This document shows positions 30,306-44,955 of a stretch of 64,000 bases of DNA, in pieces. A program made the position numbers and the translations under genes. The DNA is from Octopus vulgaris. Its lineage: Eukaryota. The notes under the pieces were generated by a model. The model ran no database searches. It was given only the letters and a program-made list of their open reading frames with translations, and was not told where the DNA came from. Position 1 is the stretch's first letter, and each line of letters begins with the position of its first letter. Location of the stretch: contig OX597820.1 in the NCBI GenBank assembly GCA_951406725.2, positions 92,380,001 through 92,444,000 of the forward strand, given 5' to 3'.

Positions 30306-32490
30306 TATTTCAAAACATTTGCCATAAAGGCAGTACACAGATTAAGTTAGCTTTGCGGGCTGGACGAGGACATTAATGAAGTGAATGATAATGAAAGAAA
30401 GATGATAAGGATGGGAGAAGACAAAAAGCGCCCGCCGACTTTCGCTTCTCTAAAACATTGTTCTTTTTAAGGATAAACACAAAACGAGGTATTAAACCTC
30501 TTACAATTTTTCCAAATTTTGGACTTAGCAGTCCATTATTAATTAAAATAAACACAAAACGAGGTATTAAACCTCTTACAATTTTTCAATTTTGGGACTT
30601 AGCAGTCCACTACTAATAATAACAGTTCAATAATTACATATCGTCCTCGAAGTCGCTTGTGCCCGCGCCCTCCACCATCAACCACGCCTCCCTCAGAACG
30701 TAATCAAGTTCCGAGTCAGCGTCGCCCGGGACCAAGTTATAATCTTCATTGAGCTCCTTTAGCCCAAGCGTCACGTCGAACGCCACGGCCTCCACAGCTA
30801 CCTGCGGAGGCCATTCGGGGTCCTATGTGAAGGCTAAAGGTGCTCCCTTGTGATGCTCTTCCATCACTTTTTCAATTTCTCCTCCTCTATAGAAGAGGAC
30901 CAATACGTTCAGTTCTTTCGGTGGCGGCACAGTTCCCGCCAACGGTATTCCTTCTCTTGTCGGTGGCACAACCCCAACCGACGTAGTTCCGGGACATTCC
31001 GGTGCTACACTGACAGTCGGTAATGTCCCGTTTTTCTTCCTCTTTTTCTTTTTTTTTTCCCTTTTCAACTGAGGGAGAGTGCGTCTCCTCCGTGGCTGGA
31101 AGATTCGCCTTCCTCTCCTCATCCCTATTATCATTTGGTGAGCACCCATTGTTGTTCACCTTCCTCTTTCTGCCTCTGTTTGAGGAGTCCTCTGCTTTCT
31201 CGGCCGTTATCATTCCCTCTTCTAGAGGGGTTTTACTTAACTGTTCCGGGATCCTATTTTGTTCCCGGGGACAGTTCTTCTTTATGTGGCCGGACTCCAA
31301 GCACCGATGACACTTAGGGGGGCGACCCTCAAGCATCACCGGGTACCTGCACCCGGCCATTTTCAAAAAATCTGGAAGAACCAGATTGGCTGATTGGGTT
31401 CACAGGGTCAAAATTGCTTTTGACCCAACCCAAGCAGCCGCAGGAAGAACTTTTACATTAAGGAGCTTAGTTTCGCTGCCACCCAGACCCCGGCGGATAG
31501 TCTCCTCTATCCACTCGGGTTCTATGTCGGGTGGCAGACCGCAGATCCAAGCTTTCATCAATTTCTTTTTTTTGTACGTGGGCAGGAATAAGATTTCCTT
31601 ACCCTCCAGGGGTTTGCTAGCAAATTTGCAAGCCTCTTCAGGGGTGTCAAATAGCAACCACACCGTTGCATATTTGACACCCCTGGAAATGAATTTAATT
31701 GTTGGCAAATACTCTTCCAACTCCTTTTCAATTGCCGTCTTTTCGAATAGGGCGATGGTGTCGAGTGCCTTGGAGTAGGTTCTCAACACCACCGTCCTAT
31801 CTTCACGGTCTTTTAACCACTTTTTAGGCGGTATGATCTCCCATTCCAAAAGTTTGTTATTTTTCATTGCCATGTTCTTTTTTTGTTTTTTGTTTTTTTG
31901 TTTTTTTTTTAAATGTATTCAGAATAAAACTAAAAAACGAGAGGAAAAGGAAATCCGAAGAAAGTCACAGTGAAAAAGTTAAAAAGAAAGTCAAATAAAG
32001 TTAAAGAAAGTCAATAACACAGCAAAAACCTTCTGGCCATTTGGTACTCCCGGCCTAAATTGAACCAGGAACGCACAACTTCCACAAAACTTGGTGTAAA
32101 ATTGGTAAAACTTGTTCAAACTTCGGAGGCAAAATACTCCCCTATATAGCAGTTTTCACAAAAAGTTCTTTACAGCACAATACAATTCTCACAATTACGT
32201 GAAAAAAATATTCACTCAATTTATCGAAGACGGATACGCCCCTCCACTGTTTTTTTTTTCAATAAACACAAAAACGGCAGCCGCCGAGAGCAGGCGAAAT
32301 TGTCTCAGAGTTGGAAACAACTTACTGAAATAATAATTGGCACGCAATAAATTATGCCCAACTCACAATAAACAAAATCGCTTACCTCGACAACTTTCCG
32401 TTTTTGGTCTTTTTTCTTTAATTGGACGGAGCTGGTTGACTCGCGTCCACTCTGGCTGCACAGGAAGCAACTGACGAACTGCGCATGTGT
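30306..32490 (-). mobile_element. 2185-bp ORF1-only non-LTR-type element with 15-bp TSD
   Basis: TSD GTTAGCAAGCTACTT at 30291-30305 and 32491-32505; a single gag-like reading frame; no RT or endonuclease motifs seen. Confidence 0.85.
30634..31873 (-). pseudogene. Disrupted gag-like ORF1 (~410 aa) with CCHC zinc knuckle
   Basis: ORF pieces 31873-31400, 31366-30887 and 31149-30823, continuing past a TAG as DPEWPPQ...DFEDDM-stop at 30634. AWICGLPPDI and YPVMLEGRPPK-CHRCLESGHIKKNC resemble L1/Tx1-type ORF1. Confidence 0.78.
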
Positions 32491-32870
32491 GTTAGCAAGC
32501 TACTTACCACACAGCCACTGCTGCGCATATGTGTGTATTTGTTTGTGATTGTGTCTGCGTGTATGTGTGTGTATGTGCGTTCGCACGCGTGCGTGTTTGT
32601 CCCCACCACCAATGCTTGACAACTGGTGGTGGTGTGTTTACGTCCCCGTAATTTAGTGGTTCGGTAAAAAGAACACGTTAGCTTATGTGCTGGTCTTAAA
32701 AATAGATAACTATTGGCATTGTTACATTCAACTAGAAATTCTTCAAGGCGGGTACCCCGTTATGGTCACAGACAACTAGCAGAAGCAAGAAATAGACAAA
32801 AAATTTACATATGCGCACACACTTACTCATAAATATATATATGTGTGTGTGAGTGTATGTGTCCATATAC

Positions 32871-32951
<81 letters not shown>

Positions 32952-32955
32952 CGTG

Positions 32956-32993
<38 letters not shown>

Positions 32994-33627
32994 CATACAT
33001 ACCATACATATATGTATTTATCGATTTAAAAGTTCACAATTTCAAATTCAGCCCCATCTGTAAACTGAATTTTCCACTGCGTTATTGATTTTTGTTTTAT
33101 CCTGATGCCTTGTGCTAAACATTAACCCACTTCATTGATCTACAAACAGGTTCTTTTCGCATTAGATTTAAAGATATCAAAGTGACCTAAACTATTTTAT
33201 AAACATGTAAATATATTAGTATATTAAGCTCTACATCTTGAACTATTGACTAGTTTATTAAATTATTAAATTCTTTTGTTCCTGCAACCAACAGTCTTCA
33301 TGATATGTTTTGAATCTGTCTGAGTACTTACGCTTATGTATGTACCTTATTACTGTTTTTCCTGTAAAATGTCAGCTTCTTATGTGAGTATCCAACTACT
33401 AGGTCCCTTCCAGTTGCTTCCCATTATGCAGATTGCCTACAGCTATGGTAAAATTTCCGAGTCAATTGCGTACGTTTTACTGTTGATGCTGATACCATAT
33501 TCGTTTTTCACCGCATTTATCCACCATACATTGAATCTGCCGTTCACTTTTCGTTTCCGATTTTCAATCAGAGGGATTCAAGATCTTTTGGGGAAGAGAT
33601 TTTCTTAACAGTGATATTTCACTTCCT

Positions 33628-34230
33628 CAAGGCGTTGAGCTAACAGAAACGTTAGCACGTCGGGTGAAATGCTTAGCGATATTTCGTCTGCTGCTACGTC
33701 CTGAGTTCAAATTCCCCGAGGTCGACTTTGCCTTCTATCCATTCGGGTTCGATTAAATAATTACCAGTTACGCACTGGGGTCGATATGATCGACTTAATC
33801 CATTTGTCTATCCTTGTTTGTCGCCTCTGGGTGTAGCCCCTTGTGAGTAGTAAAGAAATAAGAAACGTTAGCACGCCGTGCGAAATGCTTAGCGGTATTT
33901 CGTCTGCCGTTACGTTCTGAGTTCAAATTCCGCCGAGGTTGACTATGCCTTTCATCCTTTCGGGGTCGATAAATTAAGTACTAGTTGCGCACTGGGGTCG
34001 ATATAATCGACTTAATCCGACTGTATGTCCTTGTTTGTCTCCTCTCTTTTTAGTCCCTTGTCGGTAATAAAGAAATAGGTATTTCGTCTGTCTTTACAGT
34101 CTGAGTTCAAATTCCGCCTTTCACCCTTTCGGGCTCGATAAATTATGTACCAGCTGCGTACTGGGGTCGGTCTAATCGACTCGCCCACTCCCCAACATTT
34201 TCGGGCCTTATGCCTAGATTAGAAATGAAT
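33628..34230 (+). mobile_element. SINE family B with about three tandem units
   Basis: Same tandem architecture as 10505-11100. Confidence 0.8.
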
Positions 34231-35058
34231 ATTTCCCTTCCTCATCTCTCTATATACTCTCTTTTGTTTAAAAGCAAATTTGTTGTATATACTGACTCCT
34301 TCAATAATACGCTTGTGGTAGCGAAGATTTTCTGTCTACCTGTACGTATGTAAGTATGTATGCATGTATGTATGTATGTATGTATGTATGTATGTATGTA
34401 TGTATGTATGTATGTATGTTTGTATGCACGCATGTATGCATGTATTGGTGTGTAGGTACATTAGTAATTCATTGTGTTAGCTTTCTGGTGTGTGTTGTGT
34501 GTGTATGTGTGTGTGTGTGTGTGCATTCTTGTGTGTGTGTATGTGTATGTGTGTGCATTCTTGTGTGTGTGTCTGTCTGTATGTCTGTGTCTCTGCATAT
34601 GTACGTGTTTTGTAGCCTGTTGTTTTCACGAATAATTAAGCACCAGTGTGTAAGTCTGCGTAAGTGCGTTCTTGCACGCATCTCTATTTCCGCGTATGTG
34701 CATGTATGTGTGCAAGCATGTGTGTAAGAGTTTCTTGTAAATATGTCTGTCCATGTTCATGAATGCGTGTGTGTGTACGTGGATGTGCGTGTATTACTGT
34801 GTGTCCTAGTGTGTATGCGCTTGTGATTTTCTGTGTGCTTGCATGTGCGTGATGTGTTTTGTTATGTACTGCAAGTGTTCATTATTACATGTATTTTTCT
34901 TCATTCATTTATCCTGCAATCAGTTTAAGGCAACCCTATACATACATGCCTATACCCACTTATTCAATCGCACCCACAAGAATACACACACCCATACACT
35001 TTTTCATGTATTGCATGAGTAGTAGCAGAAGTTATGTCGTTCTATTATTTACGTTGTA

Positions 35059-36326
35059 TTGGGTTGGCAACTAAGTTCCCACCGTTATTGGTAAAATTTT
35101 AAATTTATTGCATTTTTAAATTTTGTAATCAATTTTTTTTCGAGAATTCTATGTTTGAATCATTTTGGAATCTATTTTGTTTTTTGTTTTTTTTTAGTTA
35201 ATTTTTGTTTATTTTCACATCATTAAAATGGAATGTCAAGTTTTAAAAAAACCAGCACTTCGACACCTACTTCGATTTGCTTTTAATCAAGGTTCTAAGG
35301 ACGCAAAATCTGCTCGCGACATTTGTGCTGTGTATGGAGAGGGTGGCATAGCTGAAAGAACCGCTCGTTATTGATATGCCAAGTTCAAAAATGGATATTT
35401 TGACCTCAAAGTCGAACCTCGTTCCGGTCGTCCAGTTGAGTTCGATGAAGAGCGATTAAACCAAATTCTGCACGAACATTCTCATCAAACGACAAGGAAA
35501 CTGGCAGAGAAAATGGAATGCTCCCACACTGCTATAGAGAAACATCTTCACACGATGGGAAAGGTTCAGAGTTATAGAGCATGAGTTCCGCATGCTTTAA
35601 GTAACAACAACAAAAATCAACCAGTCACAATCTCCGCTGGTTTGCTTGCTCGTCACCGCTCAACTCATGGACACAAGCAACGATTTCTTTATCGAATCGT
35701 TCCTGGCGACGAAAAATGGTGTCTGTACATCAATATGAAGCAGCTCAGGACCGGTAAACAAGCGACACCGCGCGTGAAACAAGATCTTCACCCGCTCAAA
35801 ACTATGTTGTGCGTATGGTGAGAGTAGAAAGGGATTATTCATTACGAATTGCTTGAACGGAACCAGTCAACGTGGAACTCTATGTTCAACAGATAGAACG
35901 ATTTAACACGGCTATTCAAGAGAAACAACCTCATCGGCAGCATGGAATTCTGCTGCACGACAACGCCCGCCCTCATATCGCTAATATGACCAAGGAAGCC
36001 ATTCAAACGCATGGCTGGGAAGCGCTGCCACAACCCCCGTACTCTCCTGATTTGGCACCAACGGATCTCCACCTCTTTTGGTCTCTTTCAAATGCTATGC
36101 GCGGAGTTTCCTTCAATAGTGATGCAGAATTGAGAGCTTGGTTGGATCGAGTCGAAATTGTGTGATTTCTACCAACGAGATATTGAAAATCTTGTTGAAT
36201 GTTGGTAAGAAGTTGTAAACAACAAGGGGGAATACATTATTGATCAATTAGTTGTCATTTCTAATTAAGCCTTTTTAAAAATTAAATTAAAAAAAAAAAA
36301 CGGCGAGAATTTAGTTACCAACCCAA
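35059..36326 (+). mobile_element. Full-length defective mariner transposon (D,D34D)
   Basis: TIRs ttgggttggcaactaagttccc / gagaatttagttaccaacccaa with TA on both sides. Transposase from ATG 35228 with GDEKW, HDNARPH, YSPDLAPTD; stops and frameshifts. Confidence 0.93.
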
Positions 36327-39300
36327 TATATTTTTATTGAGTGTCGGCATTCTCTCATTTATGACCCACGTATATGTCGTAATGAGGAGTCTCTCGTGCT
36401 AGTTTTCACTGTTACTTTGATTCAGTATGCCACTATGTTGATGTTTGATAGATTATCTTCTAAGTTCACACAATACTGATCTTATCAGAACAAGTGTTCT
36501 TTTAAAATGGATATGTCTTATATAAATTGTTTCCTAATGGACCGCCTTTCTTTTTCCTGCAAATTTGATGTTCAATTTAACTTCCTTCATAATATTCCCA
36601 AACCTGCTGGCTAAATCCCCATATGACATAGCCCTTGAAATATATGTTTAACCATGTATTTATTTTAATTGATTTATCACTAGTCCTCTATATTCTGTTC
36701 TACTGTATGCCTCAGTATCTAGAGCGGGTCCCATTGAAATCCTTATAATAGCATCGAAACTTTTCCTAGGTTTCCTGTACACTCTAACTCTACCTTTCTG
36801 ATTGCAGACAAAGAACTGCATGCGAGGCATAAAGTCCTGTGTAATTCTTTTTATTTCACAGGGTTTGCAGAGAATAGGCCGTTGTTCGTCGTCCAAACTA
36901 AATCCGAACTAAATACTTTAAGTATGCTTATCTTTTTATTGTGTGATAAAGCTGTGTTCTTCAAAATATTTGCAATTTATGGGTTTCGAACAAAACCTCA
37001 GACGAGTTGACTATTTTTTGCTTGTAGTTTCTCACGGAAGTTCAGTTTTAAGAAAAGGGAGTCTAATGTTAGTGTATTTAGAGGGTAGACTATCGTTAAC
37101 TATATATTCTGGTGGGTGGAGCTAGCTATGAACTTGATGTTCTCTTTTCTGTTTCTTCCACTACCAGTGATTGTCTTAACTAGGATGTTGATATCGTCTC
37201 GAACATTTACTCTATATATCATATCTAGCAACACAACTATCTCTTTGCTGCGTGCTCTCTCTCTCACTCTTTCTGTATCTATCTACTTACCTACCTTTGT
37301 CTATGTTTCTATCAATCAATCTATCGATATATGTCAATATGTGAATGCGTATGGACGTATATGTATGAATGAATGAATGTACGTATGTATGTATGTATGT
37401 ACTTACGTATGTACGTACGTATGTACGTACGTATGTACTTATGTATGTATGCATACATACATAACCTTAGTTTTTTTTTTATTTTGACCTAAATAAATAC
37501 AGGTAAAATATGCTGCTTCACTCGTGTGTTTTTATCCCCCACTCATCACCTGTCCTCATTAACTATATTTTATCATAATTCACTTACGTCTACATCGAGT
37601 CACTAACGCTAGTTTGGTAGTTATGACAAATATACAACATTGCTGCTTCTGTTCCCCCTGTAATGAGCAAGCATAATATGGACCTGCGAAAATCTATATT
37701 ACTGTAGATTGGAATTTTTTAATATTCCACTCTTTTTGTTGCTTTTAGTGTTGATATATTTATTACGTTTAAAAATGTAAATCGACGTACCAAATTACGC
37801 AGCGATGTGTCGCTAAGTGAAGAGATAAGCATAATCCTTTTACATCACTTTAAATAATTGCCATAAGCTATACCTAAGGATTTGCTTATATTTTATTGTT
37901 TTATTTTAGATAAGGCTATGTTCATCTAATTACCGATGTCTATGTATTATTTCTATTACTTCTATTTAAAATTGGATACAGTTCCTCTCAAAGTTATTTG
38001 AATATTGGCAATACTTCTTGTTAATTAATCGTCCTACGATCATTTATATCTTTCCTAGTTTCGACTTCATTTGTTCTTTGCAACCTGTTCTAACATAGTT
38101 TTCATACTAAATGAGTCAGTCCATATGGAAGTAGCATATACACCGCAAAAGCTATAATCTCATCCATCAAATTTACTCAGTTATCAAACATCCTCATGCT
38201 TCCAAGCATTTCACAGCCTTTGAATACCTTCATCCGGGTTACCCACCTGCTTCGTGGTTTTTTTTTACTAATTCTATAGTTTTTTTCTGGTCATAAACAT
38301 AATGTTTAGAAATATAGCACCGTTATGTAGTATGGAAAAATCCTCTTCCTTTGTTTACATATTAGCAACTTAAAAAGTTTCGTGTTCTACAACCTTCACA
38401 GTAGTACACGTCCTTTCATTTATGTTTAAGTCCGATTTTTTGTTCTTTTTTTGTGACACTATTCACCTAGGACAATGACATCAAGTATATTCTTTTTCGA
38501 ATACATACGGCATCATTTCATAGATCAGAATAAACATTTCGTAGCTGGTGGATCGCATCCAGTGAGTTCTCATTGGAAGGGTTTCCTAGACTTATTGATC
38601 TAAATATCAGCAAATTTTATCGATTATTAATCTTCCCAATCAAATCAATTACAATTTATAACCATGCGACAATATTAGAAATCATTAATATTTCTTACAC
38701 TTTTGCTGGTAAGGTTGATTATCATAGAAGACTGCGGCGTAATTTTCTACGAAATGTTTATTCTGATCTATAAAATTAAGATTGTCTACCAGATAATACG
38801 TAATTACTGGCGTTCCCTGAAAATTCATTTTAACAACAATTACTATTTGTAATGAGATGTAAGTGAGCTGCGTTAGTAAGATTTTAATTATGCCTGTCTA
38901 TTGTTTGGAGAAACCACAGACAATTTATTGTATATTTTAATACGTGCAATATCAAATGTTTCTATTAACTACGCTTGGAAAGGCGTAATATTCACTAAGC
39001 TGACTTCCTCTAACTGCACTACATGAAGAAAATGAGCCATAAGGGATAGTCCTGTTCCAAAATTGGTAATGAGATGCAGATCAATAACTTCAATATTAGG
39101 TTTGTGTCATACTATAATACTGATCTTTAATCCCAACCAATTCATCATGTTGATAGGCTGTCATAAACTTGTTAATTGGTATTTGGATTCGCCTTAGCTC
39201 TGTTTTCAAATATGTCTGATACCATTTGAGCCCATTTGAAAAAATTCTATTATACATTACGTTTCTTAATAATATTTTTACAATGCAATTACTAATCGTT

Positions 39301-39981
39301 TTTTTTTTTTTTGTATGAGACCATAAGCATTTTAAACTGATCAGACATAATTATTTGTATCCATATTAACGAGGCCATTTTATTGATAAAATATTTCCAC
39401 ACAAGCAGGCATACACCGACAATCCAACTGAACCTGTCTGAATGAAATAATAATCTTTCATTACTGACCTAAATGTAAGAAGGATGATATAATCTATTTA
39501 ACCCAAAATAAAAAAAATAATAATAAAATGATTCAACAGCACTAAATTTAAATTTAGTACTACCGAGATGAAAGTAAATTTGGGCAAATAGTTTCGTACC
39601 CCATACTATTTCTATCTTAAATATTGATTTCCTATGGCGGTGATTGCTACTGGGGAGTACAGTTAACTCTCTACCATATTTCCCATTGATAATGACTAAA
39701 GAGCGAGAAACGCTTCTGGGGATTCCGACACGGGACAGCACTGCACCTTTTTTTATTTTAAGAGAGAATCTGTGCTGTATGGTAACGTCAGTGAATTTGC
39801 CCTTAGAAGTTGAAATATGTCACAAACATATATTCATTTACTTAAAGTTATATATACATACATATAGACGTATGTGTATATCTTTACAAGTATATGTGTG
39901 TGATTGTGCTTACGTACGTGTGTGTATTTGTGTGTGAGTGTATGTGCATGCGTGTGTAATTATGTGTATGGGCGCGCATGG

Positions 39982-40071
<90 letters not shown>

Positions 40072-41319
40072 TAGCCAACAGGAAAATAGATGCTCAATAC
40101 CATCGCTGCAGAACAGACGATGCCGATACCTCGAGTAGAAAAATTTCCTTTCATCTAGATAAGGCTTTCATCTACTTAAGTGCAACTGGCAGAATTAAAT
40201 TATATAGATTATAGCAGTATAGTTGCCACAGAGTATTGTGAGATAATATTAAGTTAAAACATAGCCTGAAAAAAAACAAAATAAAAAGCAGTAAAATAGA
40301 AGCAAAACAAAACATTAGTGTAAAATCCCTCTGCCAAGAACAAAATTATAATAGTTTAAGAACTGGTATATTTTGGTATGGAATATATGAGGATACTGGG
40401 TCTGCCATGCACAGATGCGTGTTGTTAACACAAGCCAATCCGCTTTGTGTAATTCGTTTCACTTGTAATAATTACTATATCAATTAGAATGACCACATTA
40501 ATTCTCAAATTTCTGATATTCTATTGATAAGTGTGTTAAGGGCCAACGAACGAACATATCGGCCCTTCCTTGATTCGCCGTGTAAATTCTACCAATTATT
40601 AATATATATACTCATGTTTTGGTTTCTATTTTTCCTGTTTGCATTGCTAAACCTAATATTCCGCACAACAGATTTGTTAATGATTGCGTTTAAGGTGTGA
40701 CATTTTCTTGGCATATTTTTAACAGTACAGGCATTTGTAATTGCATGGATTTGTTGCTTAAATTCAGCCGTACATTTTACTTAAATTGCTTTCAGTGAAA
40801 TGCCCGCCACGTGTATTGAAAACCGTGCGTCAGTCACTCCCTTTTTAGCAATTCTACATAGTGCAATATTTGGTGTAGGGTTTGTAAAAAACGTAAACAA
40901 TGAGTAGCTGACCAGGGGTTAAATAAGAAACATAACATATTTTTTGATACAGAGTAAGATAAGCATTTACAAAATAAATACTTATGAAACATTATCAGTG
41001 TGATAAAATATTTATCTGCTTAATGGTATATTGGGAGACTGAAATATGCTATCAGCGAATTTAAATGATACTAAAACAAGTCTGCAGTTATCGCATATAC
41101 TTAATGCAAAAAAAAATGCTAGTGAATTACTAATACTAATGTATTTGTGATACAGCGATGGTTTGTTGTTTTTTTTTTTTAATATTCCAAGCATGGAATA
41201 GGTTTTCACTTACCTATGTTAATGGATAGGTTCTCCAACAAATTTTTAAACCCCAATCATAAGATAATACAGAAACAATGAGTTGCAAAGTAAGTTGTAA
41301 CATAATTAAAATTTGGTGG

Positions 41320-41458
41320 GCAAATGTGGTTAAAAAGTTCACTTTGCAGTCATCAGTTTTGGTTCAATCCCACTGTGCGGCATCTTAGTCAACTTTTTTT
41401 TATAGCATGGACCAATCAATGCTAAGTGAGGGAAATTTGACAGACGGAAACCAGTTAC

Positions 41459-41498
<40 letters not shown>

Positions 41499-41775
41499 TC
41501 ACATGCACACACACACACACACGCACACACACACACCACACACACACATATATATATTGAAAGAGAAAGAGAGATGTGGCATTTTTGTCTTTACATTGCC
41601 CTCCTTTGCCGGAGGACCGGTGTTGGTCTCTTTGGGTGCCCGTAACTTAGCTAATCTCAGTGACAGAATAACTACTTAGAACAAGTACTGCAGTCGATCT
41701 GTCAGACTAAACTCTTTTAAAGCGGTGCCCTAGCATGACCACAGTCGAATGACTGAAACAAGTAAAATATAAAAT
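41320..41775 (+). mobile_element. SINE family A (degenerate) with internal (CA)n
   Basis: ggttcaatcccactgtgcggcatc...gacggaaac...gcggtgccctagcatgaccacagtcgaatgactgaaacaagtaaaa. Confidence 0.75.
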
Positions 41776-44724
41776 CTCTATACAAAATAGTTTCCTAACA
41801 TTGTTTCATGTCCTGTATTTCAAGTGAAAGAGTGAAGTTGGTCAGATCCTATTTAATGACGAAATAATTCTTTACATTGTCGCAAAGCCAACAAGGAATA
41901 TTGATTAAACTCTAATATATGCATGATACATATCCGTTCAGGGATGATGAAAGATAAATCGTTTCTGGAGGGTAGACAGCAAATCGGTATTTCATCAGAA
42001 GAAAATAAATACTATATAAAGTTCTACACATTCTACCCTTCCACTACTTTTTATTTTATATAATATCATAAATATTTCTAGGTAATAAATATGAGAGTGA
42101 TGTATAAAAGCGAACGCACGCTGGTTTAATTATTCTTAAATAAAACGATTTTATTGATTGAAACTAAAATCTTTAAAGATGTGATATTCCATATATTACA
42201 TATATTATATTGAGATTTACCGGAAGCAAAACTCAATGGAATATAGGAAGTGCGATACTTTTCATCATTATACGTTTACATAAAAAGAAATTAAGTTTAA
42301 TCTGTTGCTTCAAAGTGATTTTATACTAGTTGTTAATCAAAGATCAGACGCGATGGGATTCAATTACAGGAGTAGATTTAATGATTTCTCAACATCAAAC
42401 TCTCTTTTCAAATTCCATAGCCGTGAGGTCAGCCTACTTAAATTAAATTTGCTCGAAAAATCCAAATGTATATCGAGATAGTCTAATGGTTTAAGTGTTT
42501 GTAGCATTTAACGCTAGAATATAGAGGATAGATCGCATGTATCACCTCTGTTAGATCAAGTCAACACCGATAATTATTGCAAACTGTCACTGATTTATAT
42601 ATCAATGCTGAAATTATACATCCCAGCAGATTGCATAGATGTAAATGATACTTTAACAAATAAATATATTACCCATATATTGAATTCCAGATGGGGCTGA
42701 CCAACGAATCAAATGCAAAATCTGTTTAATGTAGTTATATGTGCTCATATATGTGAAATTCGACAACTAATTACAAATACCATTACTATCAAAGATCTGA
42801 GCAGATTCTTATAAAAGGAAATGTTCCAAAACTTTGTGGTGTTTTTTGAAATGGTGAAATATCCCAGTTGTAGAGGTGCAATAAAAACATAACAGACAAA
42901 TATCAATTTGCTTAATTGTTGCCATTTATACTGTACGAAATGAATTCAAGTACGTTTTCCACCGTTTTCAATTTCTCTGGTTTAAAACCAATATATTTTC
43001 GAAATATCTATTAAAACTCTATTTCATTTAATTTCATAAAAAATAAGTATATATTATTAATATGAAATTTGAAAAAATAATCGATATACCATCGAAATAT
43101 GGAAGTTCAATATTTATTGGTATAAGAGCCGTTCGGTCGCTCTATATACTAAACCATGAACACAAGTAGAACCCCTGTATATTTTCTCTGTCGAAACAAT
43201 GAGCATTTAAAGTTTTATCTAACATATTAAAGTATGCTCGCGGTTCGGTAATCTACGTCGTTTGCAGACATTTATTTTAAGTACATAAGTAGTCTTCATT
43301 ATCAGGAAGACAGCTGTAACTTCTTACTTACGAAACAACCTGAATATTTCTTCAGAATTACTGGTATATCTGTATTCATTTAAATATTCATATATGAAAG
43401 AAAATATTGCAACTGTATTGTACTGAGTTACACCAAAGTATACTCAGTTTTTTTAAAGTGATCATCCAAACTTTGTAGGGTAGTACATTACATATATAAT
43501 TTCATATAGTACGTAACAGTATATAATTTCATAACTGTACTCTCTCGCATAGTTCTACTTTAGTAACAAGTGTATACCATGCTTCACTTTACAAAACAGT
43601 TGTTACACATTCATATCTATGTGTATACGTGTGTAGAATACATCTCCACTTTGGCACTATTTGTTAGTGAACACTACGGACTGTGTTTTAAAGTAAACAG
43701 TATTACTACGCCGTGTCTAACGATATATAGGTGTCGCTGCGCTGAAAGTAGGGCAGTTCGTGTAACATGGAAAAGTAAATAAACACGTGAAAGAATAACT
43801 ATGCTTCGTATTGAGTTGTCTATCCCAGTAGAAAGAAACTACACAAAATAACAGTGAAGGTGCGTACCCTAGTGAGTAGGTAAGAAGCTCCTGATCATAA
43901 AGTCGCGGTTTCAAATTTTGATTGGGTGACACGTTGTGTCGTTGAGTAAGGCACTTAATTTCACTTTACTCCAGTTGACTGGCGGCAGTTCACACTCCCT
44001 GTAGGATTTTTTTTTTTTGCTAGACCAAGGGTGAGGGACACGTGTCTACACAGGAACTTAAAACAATGAGCGAAGGCATGAAGCACATACCTGCTGATGT
44101 ACGACTGCAGGCTGAACAGGTTTAACATTTAAGTAGAAATAAGAAACGTAATGGTAGTAATTTTAATATTATTCGTGGGAATAGTATTAATTATGACTGT
44201 ATTACTAATGTTAGTCGTTAATTGTACGAATTCTAACACATTGCCATTGTGATAATAGGATGTCTAAACTCTGCAGAAAAAATCAGCTTCATACTGTAAA
44301 GAAGAAACAAAAAGAGCATGGATTCATTTATTTATTATAGTGTGATCAGCTTTGAGTGAGACGCTCTATGTTTAAAGGTATAGCAGCATTGAAACGACTG
44401 CATTTTGCTTTGTCATTTTATATCTAGGATTGCATTCATTATTCAGTGTGATCTTCTTTTTTCAAGACGACAAAGTGTTATTTGTTAACCAAACTGCTAT
44501 TTTAGTAAGAAGGTCAACCAAGCAGAGACTCACAGAACGTTTCTAACTCGTACAAAGTGTTAAGATATATAAGGAGAAAAAATATTAAACTTTAACAGAT
44601 CAAAATGCTAAATAATTCTTTTGATAACAGTATTGTAGAACGGCTATCGTTAATTACGAAGGTGGATTAAGAGACATTTAGTGCTAAATTCAAATTAAAA
44701 CTTGATATGTCAAGGTAATTGAGT

Positions 44725-44955
44725 GATTATATATGCTTGCGGAGAAAATCCCTGGAGAAGGACATCATGCTCGGAATGGTCAGTGGCAAGAGAGGAAGAG
44801 GCCGACCAAGAACCCGCTGGCTTGGCACCATAAAGAGTGATTCCGGAATGGACATAGCCAATCTGAAAGAAGCGGCCCAGGATAGAACTGACTGGAGGAC
44901 ACTGATCCAACGAGTAACCGAGAGTCGACTTCGACTGAGCGGATAGGAAGGAAGG
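44725..44955 (+). mobile_element. 3' end fragment of an RTE-clade (BovB-like) LINE
   Basis: SLEKDIMLGMVSGKRGRGRPRTRW...AAQDRTDWR...RL-stop, then a short (GGAA)n tail. Confidence 0.88.

Noticed and set aside
30495-30535. HHR-like string ctgctaagtcc...ggaaaaa on the minus strand
   Set aside because: Core lacks A6 and G8, and there is no proper helix III or helix I; better explained as simple hairpins.
36400-39400. Faint retroelement-like peptide traces (also about 33010-33620 and 45150-45800)
   Set aside because: Too decayed to assign by eye; needs a profile-HMM or RepeatMasker search.
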